A stretch of 64,000 nucleotides of DNA. It comes from Candidatus Latescibacterota bacterium. GTDB taxonomy: Bacteria > Latescibacterota > UBA2968. How positions within the stretch are numbered: the first letter of the stretch is position 1; every line of letters begins with the position of its first letter. The stretch is from positions 160,001 through 224,000 of the forward strand of contig OZ241986.1 of NCBI GenBank assembly GCA_965204375.1, written 5' to 3'. The notes under the pieces are model-generated. The model worked only from the letters and a program-made list of their open reading frames with translations. It did no database searches and was not told where the DNA came from. Both the position numbers and the translations under genes were made by a program. Below, piece after piece: positions 51,745-60,991 of this stretch.

Positions 51745-52204
51745 CACTGAATTTGCCTCCATCATGCAGGACAAATCGAAACGCATTGAAGGTAATATCG
51801 CTTGGGTCGGGGATGAAGATCATTCCCCTGCTTGTATATTTCGAGCCGATGTCGAGTCAGAGGCAGGTTGGCCTCTCTTCATTCAAGGCAGATACAATCC
51901 GCTGGCGCGTACCCTGACCTATGCACTCATACTGAAAACAGCAGGGCGGATATACGGACTTGATCTGAGCAAGGACCACCATAATCCTCAGTGCGATCAA
52001 GTCGGTGAAAAGCATAAGCATACATGGTCTGAAAATTATCGGGATAAGGAAGCCTATGTGCCAAATGACATTACCGCGCAGGTTTCGGATCCCGTGGCGG
52101 TTTGGAAACAGTTCTGTAAGGAAGCAGACATTGAACACGATGGGGAACTTAACAAGCCCCCACCCTTGCAAGTGGAGATGTTTGATGAACACGAATATCT
52201 GTAA
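51731..52204 (+). CDS. Small hypothetical protein (DUF6978-like)
   Basis: LDL...HHNP...HKHTW...AY motif; start overlaps the hsdS end and stop overlaps the next gene. Confidence 0.55.
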   Translation: MSLTNTEFASIMQDKSKRIEGNIAWVGDEDHSPACIFRADVESEAGWPLFIQGRYNPLARTLTYALILKTAGRIYGLDLSKDHHNPQCDQVGEKHKHTWSENYRDKEAYVPNDITAQVSDPVAVWKQFCKEADIEHDGELNKPPPLQVEMFDEHEYL

Positions 52205-52967
52205 AGAAATACAGAGACAGATTGGGGAACAGTTCACCTGTACGGAGCTTGGTGATTATCTTCGGATTCGCACCCCGTATTTGTATCCCGATGGAGACAA
52301 TATCGATCTATTCTGTAAATCCAAAGGTGATACGGTCACAGTAACCGATCTTGGGGAGACCACGGGCTGGCTTCGGATGCAGTCATTATCGCTGCGCCGA
52401 TCCCCGAAGCAGAATCGGCTGATCGCGGATGTCCTTACAACTCATGGCGTTGAACTATACCGAGGTATGCTTTTGGCCCGATGTCGTCCTGACGAACAGT
52501 TGGCTGCGGTGGTCTCGCGTGTGGCTCAAGCGTCATTACGGGTATCTGATTTGTGGTTCACATTGCGGATCCGAGCGGTCGAATCCATCATGGATGAAGT
52601 CGCCGACTATCTGACCGAATGCGACCTGCCGTTCGTGCGTTCCGAGAAACTGTCCGGGCGGTCGGGACGTGGCTGGACCGTAGATTTTCACATTCGTACC
52701 CACGAGCGTAGCTCTTTGGTTTATGTGTTGAGTACGGCGAATCGTTCCGCTGCGAACAGAGTGACGGAACACATAGTGGCTGCTTGGCACGATTTGCATC
52801 ATTTTACGGCTGGGCCCGAGGCGTTGCATTTCGTCTCTCTTTTCGATGATACCTTAGATGTTTGGACATCCGAGAACTTCCGATTGATGGAACAGCTATC
52901 CACGGTGTCGTACTGGTCGAGACCCGATGAGTTCAAGAACGTTTTGGTACAACAAAACGCAGCATAG
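52185..52967 (+). CDS. DUF1828/DUF1829 domain protein
   Basis: IRTPYLYPDGDNIDLF, VTDLGET, LSGRSGRGWTVDF, AWHD. Confidence 0.7.
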   Translation: MNTNICKEIQRQIGEQFTCTELGDYLRIRTPYLYPDGDNIDLFCKSKGDTVTVTDLGETTGWLRMQSLSLRRSPKQNRLIADVLTTHGVELYRGMLLARCRPDEQLAAVVSRVAQASLRVSDLWFTLRIRAVESIMDEVADYLTECDLPFVRSEKLSGRSGRGWTVDFHIRTHERSSLVYVLSTANRSAANRVTEHIVAAWHDLHHFTAGPEALHFVSLFDDTLDVWTSENFRLMEQLSTVSYWSRPDEFKNVLVQQNAA

Positions 52968-53017
52968 ACAAACTTTTTTGGAGAATAAAAAGAAAACGCT
53001 TCTGCGGAGGTTTTGAC

Positions 53018-54496
53018 ATGAACGGTCAACGTTCCCCCGAGTACCTGGAAGGTCTTCTCCGAGAGCTATGTGCTTTGCCGCACGAGACCGAGTGGGTAGA
53101 ATTTAAGGAAGACAACACTGACCCACAGGAGATCGGCGAGTATCTTTCTGCCCTTGCCAACTCGGCGGCACTTGTGGGCAAAGCCGCGGCTTATCTGGTG
53201 TGGGGTGTGCGCGATCATGATCACGCAGTCGTGGGGAGCAACTTTGATCCCTGGTCCGCCAAAAAAGGAAGTGAGGAACTGGAAAATTGGCTGCTGCGTC
53301 TGCTCGAACCTAAGATTGATTTTCATTTTTTCCCCTTGAGTACCGAGAAGGGGTCAGTCATCCTGACGGAAATTAACCGTGCTACGCGGCATCCGGTGCG
53401 CTTTGCCGGTCAGGAATACATCCGCGTGGGCAGCTACAAAAAAAAGCTCAAAGACCATCCCGAAAAAGAGCGGGCACTGTGGCGCATTTTTGATCAGACG
53501 CCATTCGAGGAAGGCATTGCGCTTGAACGGGCAACGGGCGACGATGTTGTTCGTCTGCTGGACTGTCAGGCCTATTTCGACCTTCTGAAACTGCCACAGC
53601 CGAAGACACAACGGAGCCTTCTTGAGGTGCTGGCGAGCGACGAATTGATCCGGCCTTCGGTAGCTGGTGGATGGGACATTACTAATCTCGGAGCGATACT
53701 CTTTGCCAAAGATCTCGACAATTTTCGGACCTTACGCCGAAAGGCCGTGCGTGTCATTCATTACAAGGGCAGTGGCCGGTTGGAGGCCTTGAAGGAACGC
53801 GAAGTGCCCAAGGGCTATGCCTGTGGATTTGAAGGGCTGAACGAATACATCCACGCGTTATTACCGGAGAACGAGATTATTGAACAGGCTCTGCGCCGAA
53901 CAGTAGCGACGTTTCCAATCGTAGCCGTGCGCGAACTGGTCGCCAACGCACTCATCCACCAGGATTTTTCGATTACTGGCGCGGGGCCAATGGTAGAAAT
54001 ATTCGAAGGCCGAATCGAGATTACCAATCCCGGCGCACCCCTCGTCGATATTGACCGATTGGTGGATGCAGCACCGAAATCGCGCAACGATAAACTGGCA
54101 TCGCTCATGCGGCGCTTCAACTTGTGCGAGGAGCGCGGCAGCGGCATCGACAAAGTGGTGTTCCAAATTGAGTTGTTCCAGCTTCCCGCGCCGTTGTTCG
54201 AGACGCCAGGAGATGCCACTCGCGTCACGCTTTTTGCTCCTAAGGCCCTGAGGGATCTGGACCGGCAGGAACGAATTCGTGCCTGTTATTTTCACGCCTG
54301 CCTGAATTATGTGATGGGCAAACCTGTCACCAACACCTCAATCCGCACGCGATTTGGCATCCCAGACCACAACGCTTCGACTGCCTCACGGCTATTGAAA
54401 GAAGCTGTCGAAGCGGGTGTCATCGCCGTTGAGATGGCCAATAGCGGCACCAGAAATCGTCGATACGTGCCCTTCTGGGCGGCCCAGGCGGATTGA
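53018..54496 (+). CDS. Schlafen/AlbA_2 + HATPase-like + wHTH protein, copy 2
   Basis: ETEWVEFKE, IGEYLSALANS, YLVWGV, RELVANALIHQDF, IEITNPG, SRN, CEERGSGIDK, TNTSIRTRFGI. Confidence 0.87.
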   Translation: MNGQRSPEYLEGLLRELCALPHETEWVEFKEDNTDPQEIGEYLSALANSAALVGKAAAYLVWGVRDHDHAVVGSNFDPWSAKKGSEELENWLLRLLEPKIDFHFFPLSTEKGSVILTEINRATRHPVRFAGQEYIRVGSYKKKLKDHPEKERALWRIFDQTPFEEGIALERATGDDVVRLLDCQAYFDLLKLPQPKTQRSLLEVLASDELIRPSVAGGWDITNLGAILFAKDLDNFRTLRRKAVRVIHYKGSGRLEALKEREVPKGYACGFEGLNEYIHALLPENEIIEQALRRTVATFPIVAVRELVANALIHQDFSITGAGPMVEIFEGRIEITNPGAPLVDIDRLVDAAPKSRNDKLASLMRRFNLCEERGSGIDKVVFQIELFQLPAPLFETPGDATRVTLFAPKALRDLDRQERIRACYFHACLNYVMGKPVTNTSIRTRFGIPDHNASTASRLLKEAVEAGVIAVEMANSGTRNRRYVPFWAAQAD

Positions 54497-54503
54497 CGTT
54501 CAT

Positions 54504-54789
54504 TTGTTTGACGGTTGTTTGACGGTTGTTTGACGGTTGCTTGACGGTTGCTTGATAGAAAACCCGAAAAATGACTCGGCGGGACAGATCTGTTTTTGTA
54601 ACTTACTGTTATCAAATCACTTACTGTTTTGCAATTTGTTTGATGGTTGTTTGATGGTTGTTTGATGGTTGTTTGATGGTTGTTTGATAAAAAACTCGAA
54701 AAATGGCTCGGTGGAGCAGGTGTGATTTTGTAACTCATTGTTATCAAATCACTTACCGTTTTGTAATTTGTTTGATGGTTGTTTGATGG
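54504..54789 (+). repeat. Phased array of 11-bp repeats TTGYTTGAYGG in three blocks with 132-bp period
   Basis: Blocks start at 54504, 54636 and 54768 (4+partial, 4+partial and 2 units), separated by two homologous 79-bp spacers. Confidence 0.92.
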
Positions 54790-54891
54790 AAACCAAATGA
54801 TCACCGACACCACCGAGTGCGGTTTGGAAGATTGTATCTGCGATCTAAGGGTGTAGAGAAGCCTGATTTTGACGAAAGTGAGCACGTTAAC

Positions 54892-56580
54892 ATGAGTGAA
54901 AGTCAGGACATTGCGCTCATTGACGAGTTACGCAGTATGCCGACAGAGACAGAGTGGTTGGAGTTCAAGCGCAATCGCTATGAATTTGAACAGATCGGAG
55001 AATATCTGTCCGCGCTTGCGAACTCGGCGTGCATCGCTGCCAGGCCGGCTGGCTATCTTGTCTTTGGTATTGACGATGAGACACATGAGGTCGTCGGCAC
55101 AGATTTTGATCCCTATAATACCAAAGGGAAGGGCAATCAAGACCTGCTGCCATGGGTCGGGGCGGGATTGCATCCGAATGCTGGATTCGAACCTCGTATT
55201 GTTAATCATCCGGATGGTCGGGTCGTTGTCTTCGAGGTTGGCCCCGCGAGAGATCAACCGGTTAGCTTTCGCGGAAATGCTTATGTACGCGTAGGCTCCA
55301 GCAAGACCGAACTTGGCAGGCATCCTGAGAAGGCTCGCGTGATTTGGACGCGCGGGAGCGACTGGTCCGCAGAGGTGTGTGAACAGGCGAGGCTTGATGA
55401 TCTTGACCCCAATGCCCTGGTCAAGGCGCGCGAGCAATTCGTCATTAAGCATCCGGCGCAGGCGGATGAAGTCGAGGGATGGGACGATGCGACGTTTCTC
55501 AACAAAGCTCGGGTTTTAAAACAGGGTGCTGTGACGAATACCGCACTGCTGTTGCTGGGACGGCCGGAATCGTCGGTTCTACTCTCGCCGATGGTGGCTA
55601 AAATTTCTTGGGTGCTCAAGGACGACCAGAATCGCGAGTTGGATTACGAGCACATTGGGACGCCGTTCTTGCTTGCGGGGGACCGCCTTCTGAAGCGCGT
55701 CCGCAACCTCACTGTGCGCGCCCTGCCGAGCGGGACACTGTTTCCTCAAGAAATTACTCAGTACGACCCATGGGTAATCCGCGAAGCCCTGCACAACAGC
55801 ATCGCACATCAGGACTATCGTCTGCGAGGACGGATTGTTGTCGTCGAATTTCCCGACCGCATCTTACTGACCAATGTCGGGGATTTTCTGCCCGGCGATG
55901 TCGAGACGGTCATCCAACAGGATGCTCCCCAGGCTATCTATCGCAATCCATTCTTAGCTGATGCCATGGTTGAATTGAATCTGATTGATACTCAGGGTGG
56001 CGGCATTAAGCGCATGTTCGATACACAGAGGAAGCGTTTCTTTGCGCTTCCAGACTACGATTTGACGCAGACAAATAGCGTGGCTGTGAGCATCCACGGT
56101 TGCATTCTTGATGAGCGCTATACTCGGCTCCTGATGGAACGAACTGACCTGAACCTCAGTCAGGTTATGCTCCTTGACCAGATGCAAAAGGGAATGCGTA
56201 TTAGCCGGGAAGATCATCGCTCTCTGAAGGCCAGTGGTCTTGTTGAAGGCCGTTACCCTAACTTAATGGTCGCTGAATCGATTGCTAAGGTGACGGATGA
56301 TACTGACCGTTACCTCATAGAACGCGGATTCGACAAGCAGTACTACCTGGATATGATTTTAACCTTGATCCGCGAACATGGCCGGGTCAGTCGTAAGGAG
56401 ATTGATCAGGCCCTGATTTCGAAGCTGCCTGATCGGCTGACGGAGGAGCAGAAGCGGTGGAGGGCTCAGAATCTCATACAGGATCTGCGTCGCTCCGGTT
56501 TGATTGCCAATCAAGGAACCCGTGCCCAACCTGCCTGGGTGCTCTCCGACGCATATCAGGGGAGGACATTTGATAAATAA
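54892..56580 (+). CDS. Schlafen/AlbA_2 + HATPase-like + wHTH protein, copy 3
   Basis: ETEWLEFKR, IGEYLSALANS, YLVFGIDD, REALHNSIAHQDY, YRNPFL, IDTQGGGIKRM. Confidence 0.87.
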   Translation: MSESQDIALIDELRSMPTETEWLEFKRNRYEFEQIGEYLSALANSACIAARPAGYLVFGIDDETHEVVGTDFDPYNTKGKGNQDLLPWVGAGLHPNAGFEPRIVNHPDGRVVVFEVGPARDQPVSFRGNAYVRVGSSKTELGRHPEKARVIWTRGSDWSAEVCEQARLDDLDPNALVKAREQFVIKHPAQADEVEGWDDATFLNKARVLKQGAVTNTALLLLGRPESSVLLSPMVAKISWVLKDDQNRELDYEHIGTPFLLAGDRLLKRVRNLTVRALPSGTLFPQEITQYDPWVIREALHNSIAHQDYRLRGRIVVVEFPDRILLTNVGDFLPGDVETVIQQDAPQAIYRNPFLADAMVELNLIDTQGGGIKRMFDTQRKRFFALPDYDLTQTNSVAVSIHGCILDERYTRLLMERTDLNLSQVMLLDQMQKGMRISREDHRSLKASGLVEGRYPNLMVAESIAKVTDDTDRYLIERGFDKQYYLDMILTLIREHGRVSRKEIDQALISKLPDRLTEEQKRWRAQNLIQDLRRSGLIANQGTRAQPAWVLSDAYQGRTFDK

Positions 56581-56738
56581 AAATTAATAAAATGCGCTTG
56601 AGAGAGGGTAGTTTATAAAAGGAATATATATAAATATTTGTTTTACATATATTTGCCTTTTATTGATTTTTAATCAGATCATAAATTTTATTAAAGGATT
56701 TATTAAAGGATTTAGCAAAGCCGCGTCGTTTTTCAACT

Positions 56739-56928
56739 TTCTTGACGGTTACTTGATTGACAATCAACGATGCGAGAACCTGTTTCTCATAAATTATTGA
56801 AAATAAGACATTTATTTTACTTGACTGGTACTTGACTGGCAACCGGCGATATGAGATCATGTTTCTCATAAATTATTGAATATACGACGGTTATTTTACT
56901 TGACTGGTACTTGACTGGTACTTGACTG
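56739..56928 (+). repeat. Phased array of 11-bp repeats TACTTGACTGG in three blocks with 79-bp period
   Basis: Blocks at 56739 (degenerate), 56818 and 56897; spacers share TGTTTCTCATAAATTATTGAA-ATA-GAC--TTATTT. Confidence 0.88.
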
Positions 56929-56990
56929 AAGCCCGTTTGGAACGATATATTTTTGTATCCGAAAAGCAATCCGAACCGAGAGAGTAAGGT

Positions 56991-59900
56991 ATGAAGAGTC
57001 GGGATATTAAACTAACACAAGCTCAGAGAGAAGAATTGGATGCGCTTGCGGCGCTGCCTGATGAGCAGATAGATACCTCTGATATTCCCGAGATTCCCGA
57101 GGGGTCTAATTCTGTGCGCGGGCTGTTTCAGAAGTCCGCCAGTGAGCGGAGTAAGGCGATGGATGAGTTGAGAGGCAGACGTCCGTCGGTTACGGATATT
57201 TCTGAACGCGGTTTGGAAGATCGCATTTGCGAGGTGCTGGCTGGTAGAGCGGATAAATCGAGTGCGGGTGATGTAGGGGAACGTCCGGCTGTTTATGGTG
57301 TGGGCTGGCGTTATGGGGATCGCGAGGATTACGACCGCGAGTATTGTGTGGATCTGGCGCAGTTGACTGCTTTTTTGATGGCGACGCAGCCGAAGGTTGC
57401 CGATGCGCTGTCTCTGGGGAGCGATAATCCAACGCGGCGCAGGTTTCTCACCCGGTTGAAGGGCGAGGTTGGCAAACGCGGGATTGTGGATGTGCTTCGC
57501 AATGGCGTTAAGCACTTGTCGCATGATGTTGTGCTTTTTTACGGTGCGCCATCGCCGGGCAACCAACGGGCGGTGAAGCTTTACGAACAGAATCGCTTTT
57601 CGGTTACGCGCCAGTTGTCGTATAGCAATGCCAATAAGCGGCTCGCGCTTGATCTCGCGCTGTTTATCAATGGGTTGCCGGTGGCGACTTTTGAGTTGAA
57701 GAATAGTCTCACGAAGCAGACGGTGGCAGATGCGGTTGAGCAGTACAAACGCGATCGGGATCCGAGGGAGGATCTTTTTCGCATTGGTCGTTGTTTGGCT
57801 CATTTTGCTGTGGATGAACACGAGGTGATGTTTTGTACGCATCTCAGGGGGAAGTCGTCCTGGTTCTTGCCTTTTAATAGGGGGGTGGATGACGGGGCGG
57901 GTAATCCGGTCAATCCCAATGGGCTTAAGACCGATTATTTGTGGCAGGAGGTTCTGACGCGGCAGAGTTTAACCGATATTATTGAGAATTATGCCCTGCT
58001 GGTGGAATCTGCCGATACAAAGACCGGGCGCAAGTCGCAGTCGCAAATCTGGCCGCGCTATCACCAGTTGGATGTGGTGCGGAAGTTGCTGGCTGATGCT
58101 GCGGAGAAGGGTGTGGGACAACGCTATCTCGTTCAGCATTCGGCGGGTAGTGGGAAGTCCAATTCTATTGCATGGTTGGCGCACCGCCTCATTGGGCTGG
58201 AAAAGGATGGTGAGACGGTTTTTGATTCTATTATTGTTGTGACGGATCGGATTATTCTGGACCGGCAGATCAATGATACGATTCGGCAGTTTGCGCAGGT
58301 GGGGGCGACTGTCGGGCATGCTGAAAGATCTGGCGATTTGCGTCGTTTTATCAGCGCTGAGAAGAAGATCATTATTTCTACTGTGCAGAAGTTTCCGTTT
58401 ATCCTGGATGAGATTGGCACAGAACATCGGGGGAATCGCTTTGCGATTATCATTGATGAAGCGCATTCCAGTCAGGGTGGGCGTACGTCTTCGGCGATGG
58501 CGCAGGCACTGGGCGACCATGAGGATGGAGATGATGACGATACGTTTGAAGATAAAATTAACCGGATTATTGAGCAGAAGCGGCTGTTGACCAATGCGAG
58601 CTATTTTGCTTTTACTGCGACGCCAAAGAATAAGACGCTGGAGTTGTTTGGCACGCCATCATCGCAGTCCGATGGTACGACAAAGCATCTGCCTTTCCAT
58701 AGCTATGCGATGAAACAGGCGATTGAGGAGGGGTTTATTCTGGATGTGCTGGGCAATTATACGCCGGTGAAGAGTTATTATCATCTTGCCAAGACAATAG
58801 CAGACGATCCGGAGTTTGACACAATAAAGGCGAAGAAGAAGCTCGTCCGCTATGTGGAGACACATAGCCATGCTATCTGGCTCAAAGCCGAGATTATGGT
58901 TGATCATTTCCACGAGCAGGTGCTGGCACCGCGCAAAATTGGTGGGCAGGCGCGGGCGATGGTTGTAACGGGTGGTATTCAGATGGCGATTACCTACTAT
59001 CACGCCATCCGCAATTATTTGAGGGAGCGCAATAGTCCGCATAAAGCTATTGTCGCTTTTTCTGGTGAGACGGATTACGGCGGTGAGAGGGTGAGTGAAG
59101 CGTCGTTGAATGGTTTTCCGTCATCGCAGATTGCCAGCAAGATTCAGGAAGATCCCTATCGGTTTCTGGTCTGTGCGGATAAGTTTCAGACGGGTTATGA
59201 TGAGCCTTTGCTACATGTGATGTATGTGGATAAGGTGCTTTCTGGTATTAAGGCTGTGCAGACCCTTTCGCGCCTCAATCGCGCCCATCCAGAAAAGCGC
59301 GATACGTTTGTGCTGGATTTCTATAATGATGCCGATGGGATAAGAGATGCGTTTGCCGATTACTACCGCACGACTATTTTGGCGGATGAAACCGATCCCA
59401 ATAAGTTGCACGATCTCAAGGCTGATCTGGATGGTCGTCAGGTCTATTCAGATGTGCAAGTCCACGAGTTGGTGGCGTCGTATTTGAAGGGCGATACTCG
59501 CGGGACTTTTGATCCGATTCTGGATGAGTGTGTGGCGGTCTATCGAAGTGAACTGGATGAGGACGGGCAGGTTGAATTTAAGGGCAATGCCAAGGCTTTT
59601 GTTCGCGCATACAACTTCTTGTCTCAGGTGCTTCCCTACGCGAATGTGGAGTGGGAGAAGCTTTCCATTTTCCTAAACTTTCTCGTTCCCAAGCTGCCGA
59701 CGCCGGTTACTGAAGATCTGTCGCTGGGTATTGAGGGGGCTATTGATATGGATAGCTATCGCGCCGAGAAGCAGGCGACGATGCAAATTATGCTGTCCGA
59801 TGAAGATACCGAGATTGAGCCGGTGCCTACAGGCGGTGGCGGCTTTAAGCCAGAGCCGGAAATGGACCGGCTTTCGAATATTCTCAGGGCGTTTAACGAT

Positions 59901-60170
59901 CTTTTTGGGGATATTCCGTGGACCAATGAGGACCGCATACGCAAGATGATTACCGAGGATGTTCCGAGGATGGTCGATGCTGATAGTGCCTATCGCAATG
60001 CACGGGAACATTCAGATGAGCAGAATACGCGCATTGAACACGATAAGGCGTTGGAGAAGGCGATTATGACGCTGCTTTCGGACGATACCGAACTTTACAA
60101 GCAGTACTCCCAGAATGAGGCATTTAAGCGTTGGCTGGAGAATAGTGTGTTTGAGCTGACCAATCGCTAA
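56991..60170 (+). CDS. hsdR: Type I restriction endonuclease subunit R with an N-terminal extension
   Basis: DLALFINGLPVATFELKN, QYK, QHSAGSGKS, IIIDEAHSSQ, FTATPK, KFQTGYDEP, VQTLSRLNR. Confidence 0.95.
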   Translation: MKSRDIKLTQAQREELDALAALPDEQIDTSDIPEIPEGSNSVRGLFQKSASERSKAMDELRGRRPSVTDISERGLEDRICEVLAGRADKSSAGDVGERPAVYGVGWRYGDREDYDREYCVDLAQLTAFLMATQPKVADALSLGSDNPTRRRFLTRLKGEVGKRGIVDVLRNGVKHLSHDVVLFYGAPSPGNQRAVKLYEQNRFSVTRQLSYSNANKRLALDLALFINGLPVATFELKNSLTKQTVADAVEQYKRDRDPREDLFRIGRCLAHFAVDEHEVMFCTHLRGKSSWFLPFNRGVDDGAGNPVNPNGLKTDYLWQEVLTRQSLTDIIENYALLVESADTKTGRKSQSQIWPRYHQLDVVRKLLADAAEKGVGQRYLVQHSAGSGKSNSIAWLAHRLIGLEKDGETVFDSIIVVTDRIILDRQINDTIRQFAQVGATVGHAERSGDLRRFISAEKKIIISTVQKFPFILDEIGTEHRGNRFAIIIDEAHSSQGGRTSSAMAQALGDHEDGDDDDTFEDKINRIIEQKRLLTNASYFAFTATPKNKTLELFGTPSSQSDGTTKHLPFHSYAMKQAIEEGFILDVLGNYTPVKSYYHLAKTIADDPEFDTIKAKKKLVRYVETHSHAIWLKAEIMVDHFHEQVLAPRKIGGQARAMVVTGGIQMAITYYHAIRNYLRERNSPHKAIVAFSGETDYGGERVSEASLNGFPSSQIASKIQEDPYRFLVCADKFQTGYDEPLLHVMYVDKVLSGIKAVQTLSRLNRAHPEKRDTFVLDFYNDADGIRDAFADYYRTTILADETDPNKLHDLKADLDGRQVYSDVQVHELVASYLKGDTRGTFDPILDECVAVYRSELDEDGQVEFKGNAKAFVRAYNFLSQVLPYANVEWEKLSIFLNFLVPKLPTPVTEDLSLGIEGAIDMDSYRAEKQATMQIMLSDEDTEIEPVPTGGGGFKPEPEMDRLSNILRAFNDLFGDIPWTNEDRIRKMITEDVPRMVDADSAYRNAREHSDEQNTRIEHDKALEKAIMTLLSDDTELYKQYSQNEAFKRWLENSVFELTNR

Positions 60171-60228
60171 GGGCAAGTATTTCGCGTAGCAAAAAATAGC
60201 CTATCTAAAAAATTGGATGGGTTATTTT
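60149..60228 (+). repeat. hsdR 3' end plus terminator, left copy of a direct repeat
   Basis: GTTTGAGCTGACCAATCGCTAAGG...TCGCGTAGC...AGCCTATCTAAAAAATTGGATGGGTT, similar to 60992-61077. Confidence 0.75.
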
Positions 60229-60340
60229 ATTCTGGTCTTGAATATAAGGACAAAGTTGGCTATACTAAATATAAAAGAGTATCTAAGCGAATAAATGAGC
60301 AGGGAAGATGACGCGCTACTGAAATCCGACTGAAAGTGAG

Positions 60341-60649
60341 ATGGCAATGAAATCTTTAGATCAACATATTGAGATTACCCCCGGTATATGTAGCGGCAAG
60401 CCGCGTATTGCTGGCCATCGCATTACCGTGGCGCACATCGCCATCTGGCATGAACGCCTGGGCAAATGTGCAGATGAAATCGCCACAGAATACGATTTGA
60501 CACTGGCCGATGTGTATGCGGCATTGGCCTACTATTTCGATCACCGTGAGGAAATTGACCAATCGATTCAAGAGAGTGAAGAATTTGTGAAGGCCTTCCG
60601 CCAACAGACCTTCTCAAAGTTGGCTGAAAAACTGCAAGAAAAGAGATAA
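60341..60649 (+). CDS. DUF433 antitoxin-like protein
   Basis: Nearly identical to 46135 over the first ~88 aa; directly upstream of a PIN-like gene. Confidence 0.88.
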   Translation: MAMKSLDQHIEITPGICSGKPRIAGHRITVAHIAIWHERLGKCADEIATEYDLTLADVYAALAYYFDHREEIDQSIQESEEFVKAFRQQTFSKLAEKLQEKR

Positions 60650-60650
60650 T

Positions 60651-60989
60651 GTGGCGAAGATTAAGTTCTACACGGATGAGCATATCTCAAACGCTGTGGG
60701 GATAGGGCTTCGCCAAAGAGGCGTGGATATATTGACTGTTCCAGAAGCGGGAATGCGGGGCGCATCTGACGAAGATCATTTGAGAAAGGCGTGGGAAGAA
60801 GGACGCGTATTCTTTACGCAAGATGATGATTTTCTCCGCTTGGCAGCAGCAGGTGTAAATCATGCTGGAATTGTTTACGCATCTCAAGCATATACGATTG
60901 GTACAATTATCTCTGGTTTAATGTTAATCCATGAGGTATTGGAAGCGGACGAGATGATCGGTCATGTAGAGTATCTCATCAGAATATGA
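60651..60989 (+). CDS. DUF5615 PIN-like toxin
   Basis: KFYTDEHI, LRQRGVD, GASDEDHL, RVFFTQDDDFL, HAGIVY. Confidence 0.85.
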   Translation: MAKIKFYTDEHISNAVGIGLRQRGVDILTVPEAGMRGASDEDHLRKAWEEGRVFFTQDDDFLRLAAAGVNHAGIVYASQAYTIGTIISGLMLIHEVLEADEMIGHVEYLIRI

Positions 60990-60991
60990 TA

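Noticed and set aside
54504-54789. Second CRISPR or mini-array
   Set aside because: Units are directly tandem and the spacers are copies of each other, not unique sequences.
54307-54885. 192-aa minus-strand ORF with SNNHQT/KQPSN repeats
   Set aside because: It arises from the 11-bp array and overlaps a real gene antisense; the 11-bp unit is not a multiple of 3.
56686-56713. (TTTATTAAAGGA)x2 in an AT-rich stretch
   Set aside because: Only two copies in low-complexity sequence; not enough to interpret separately.
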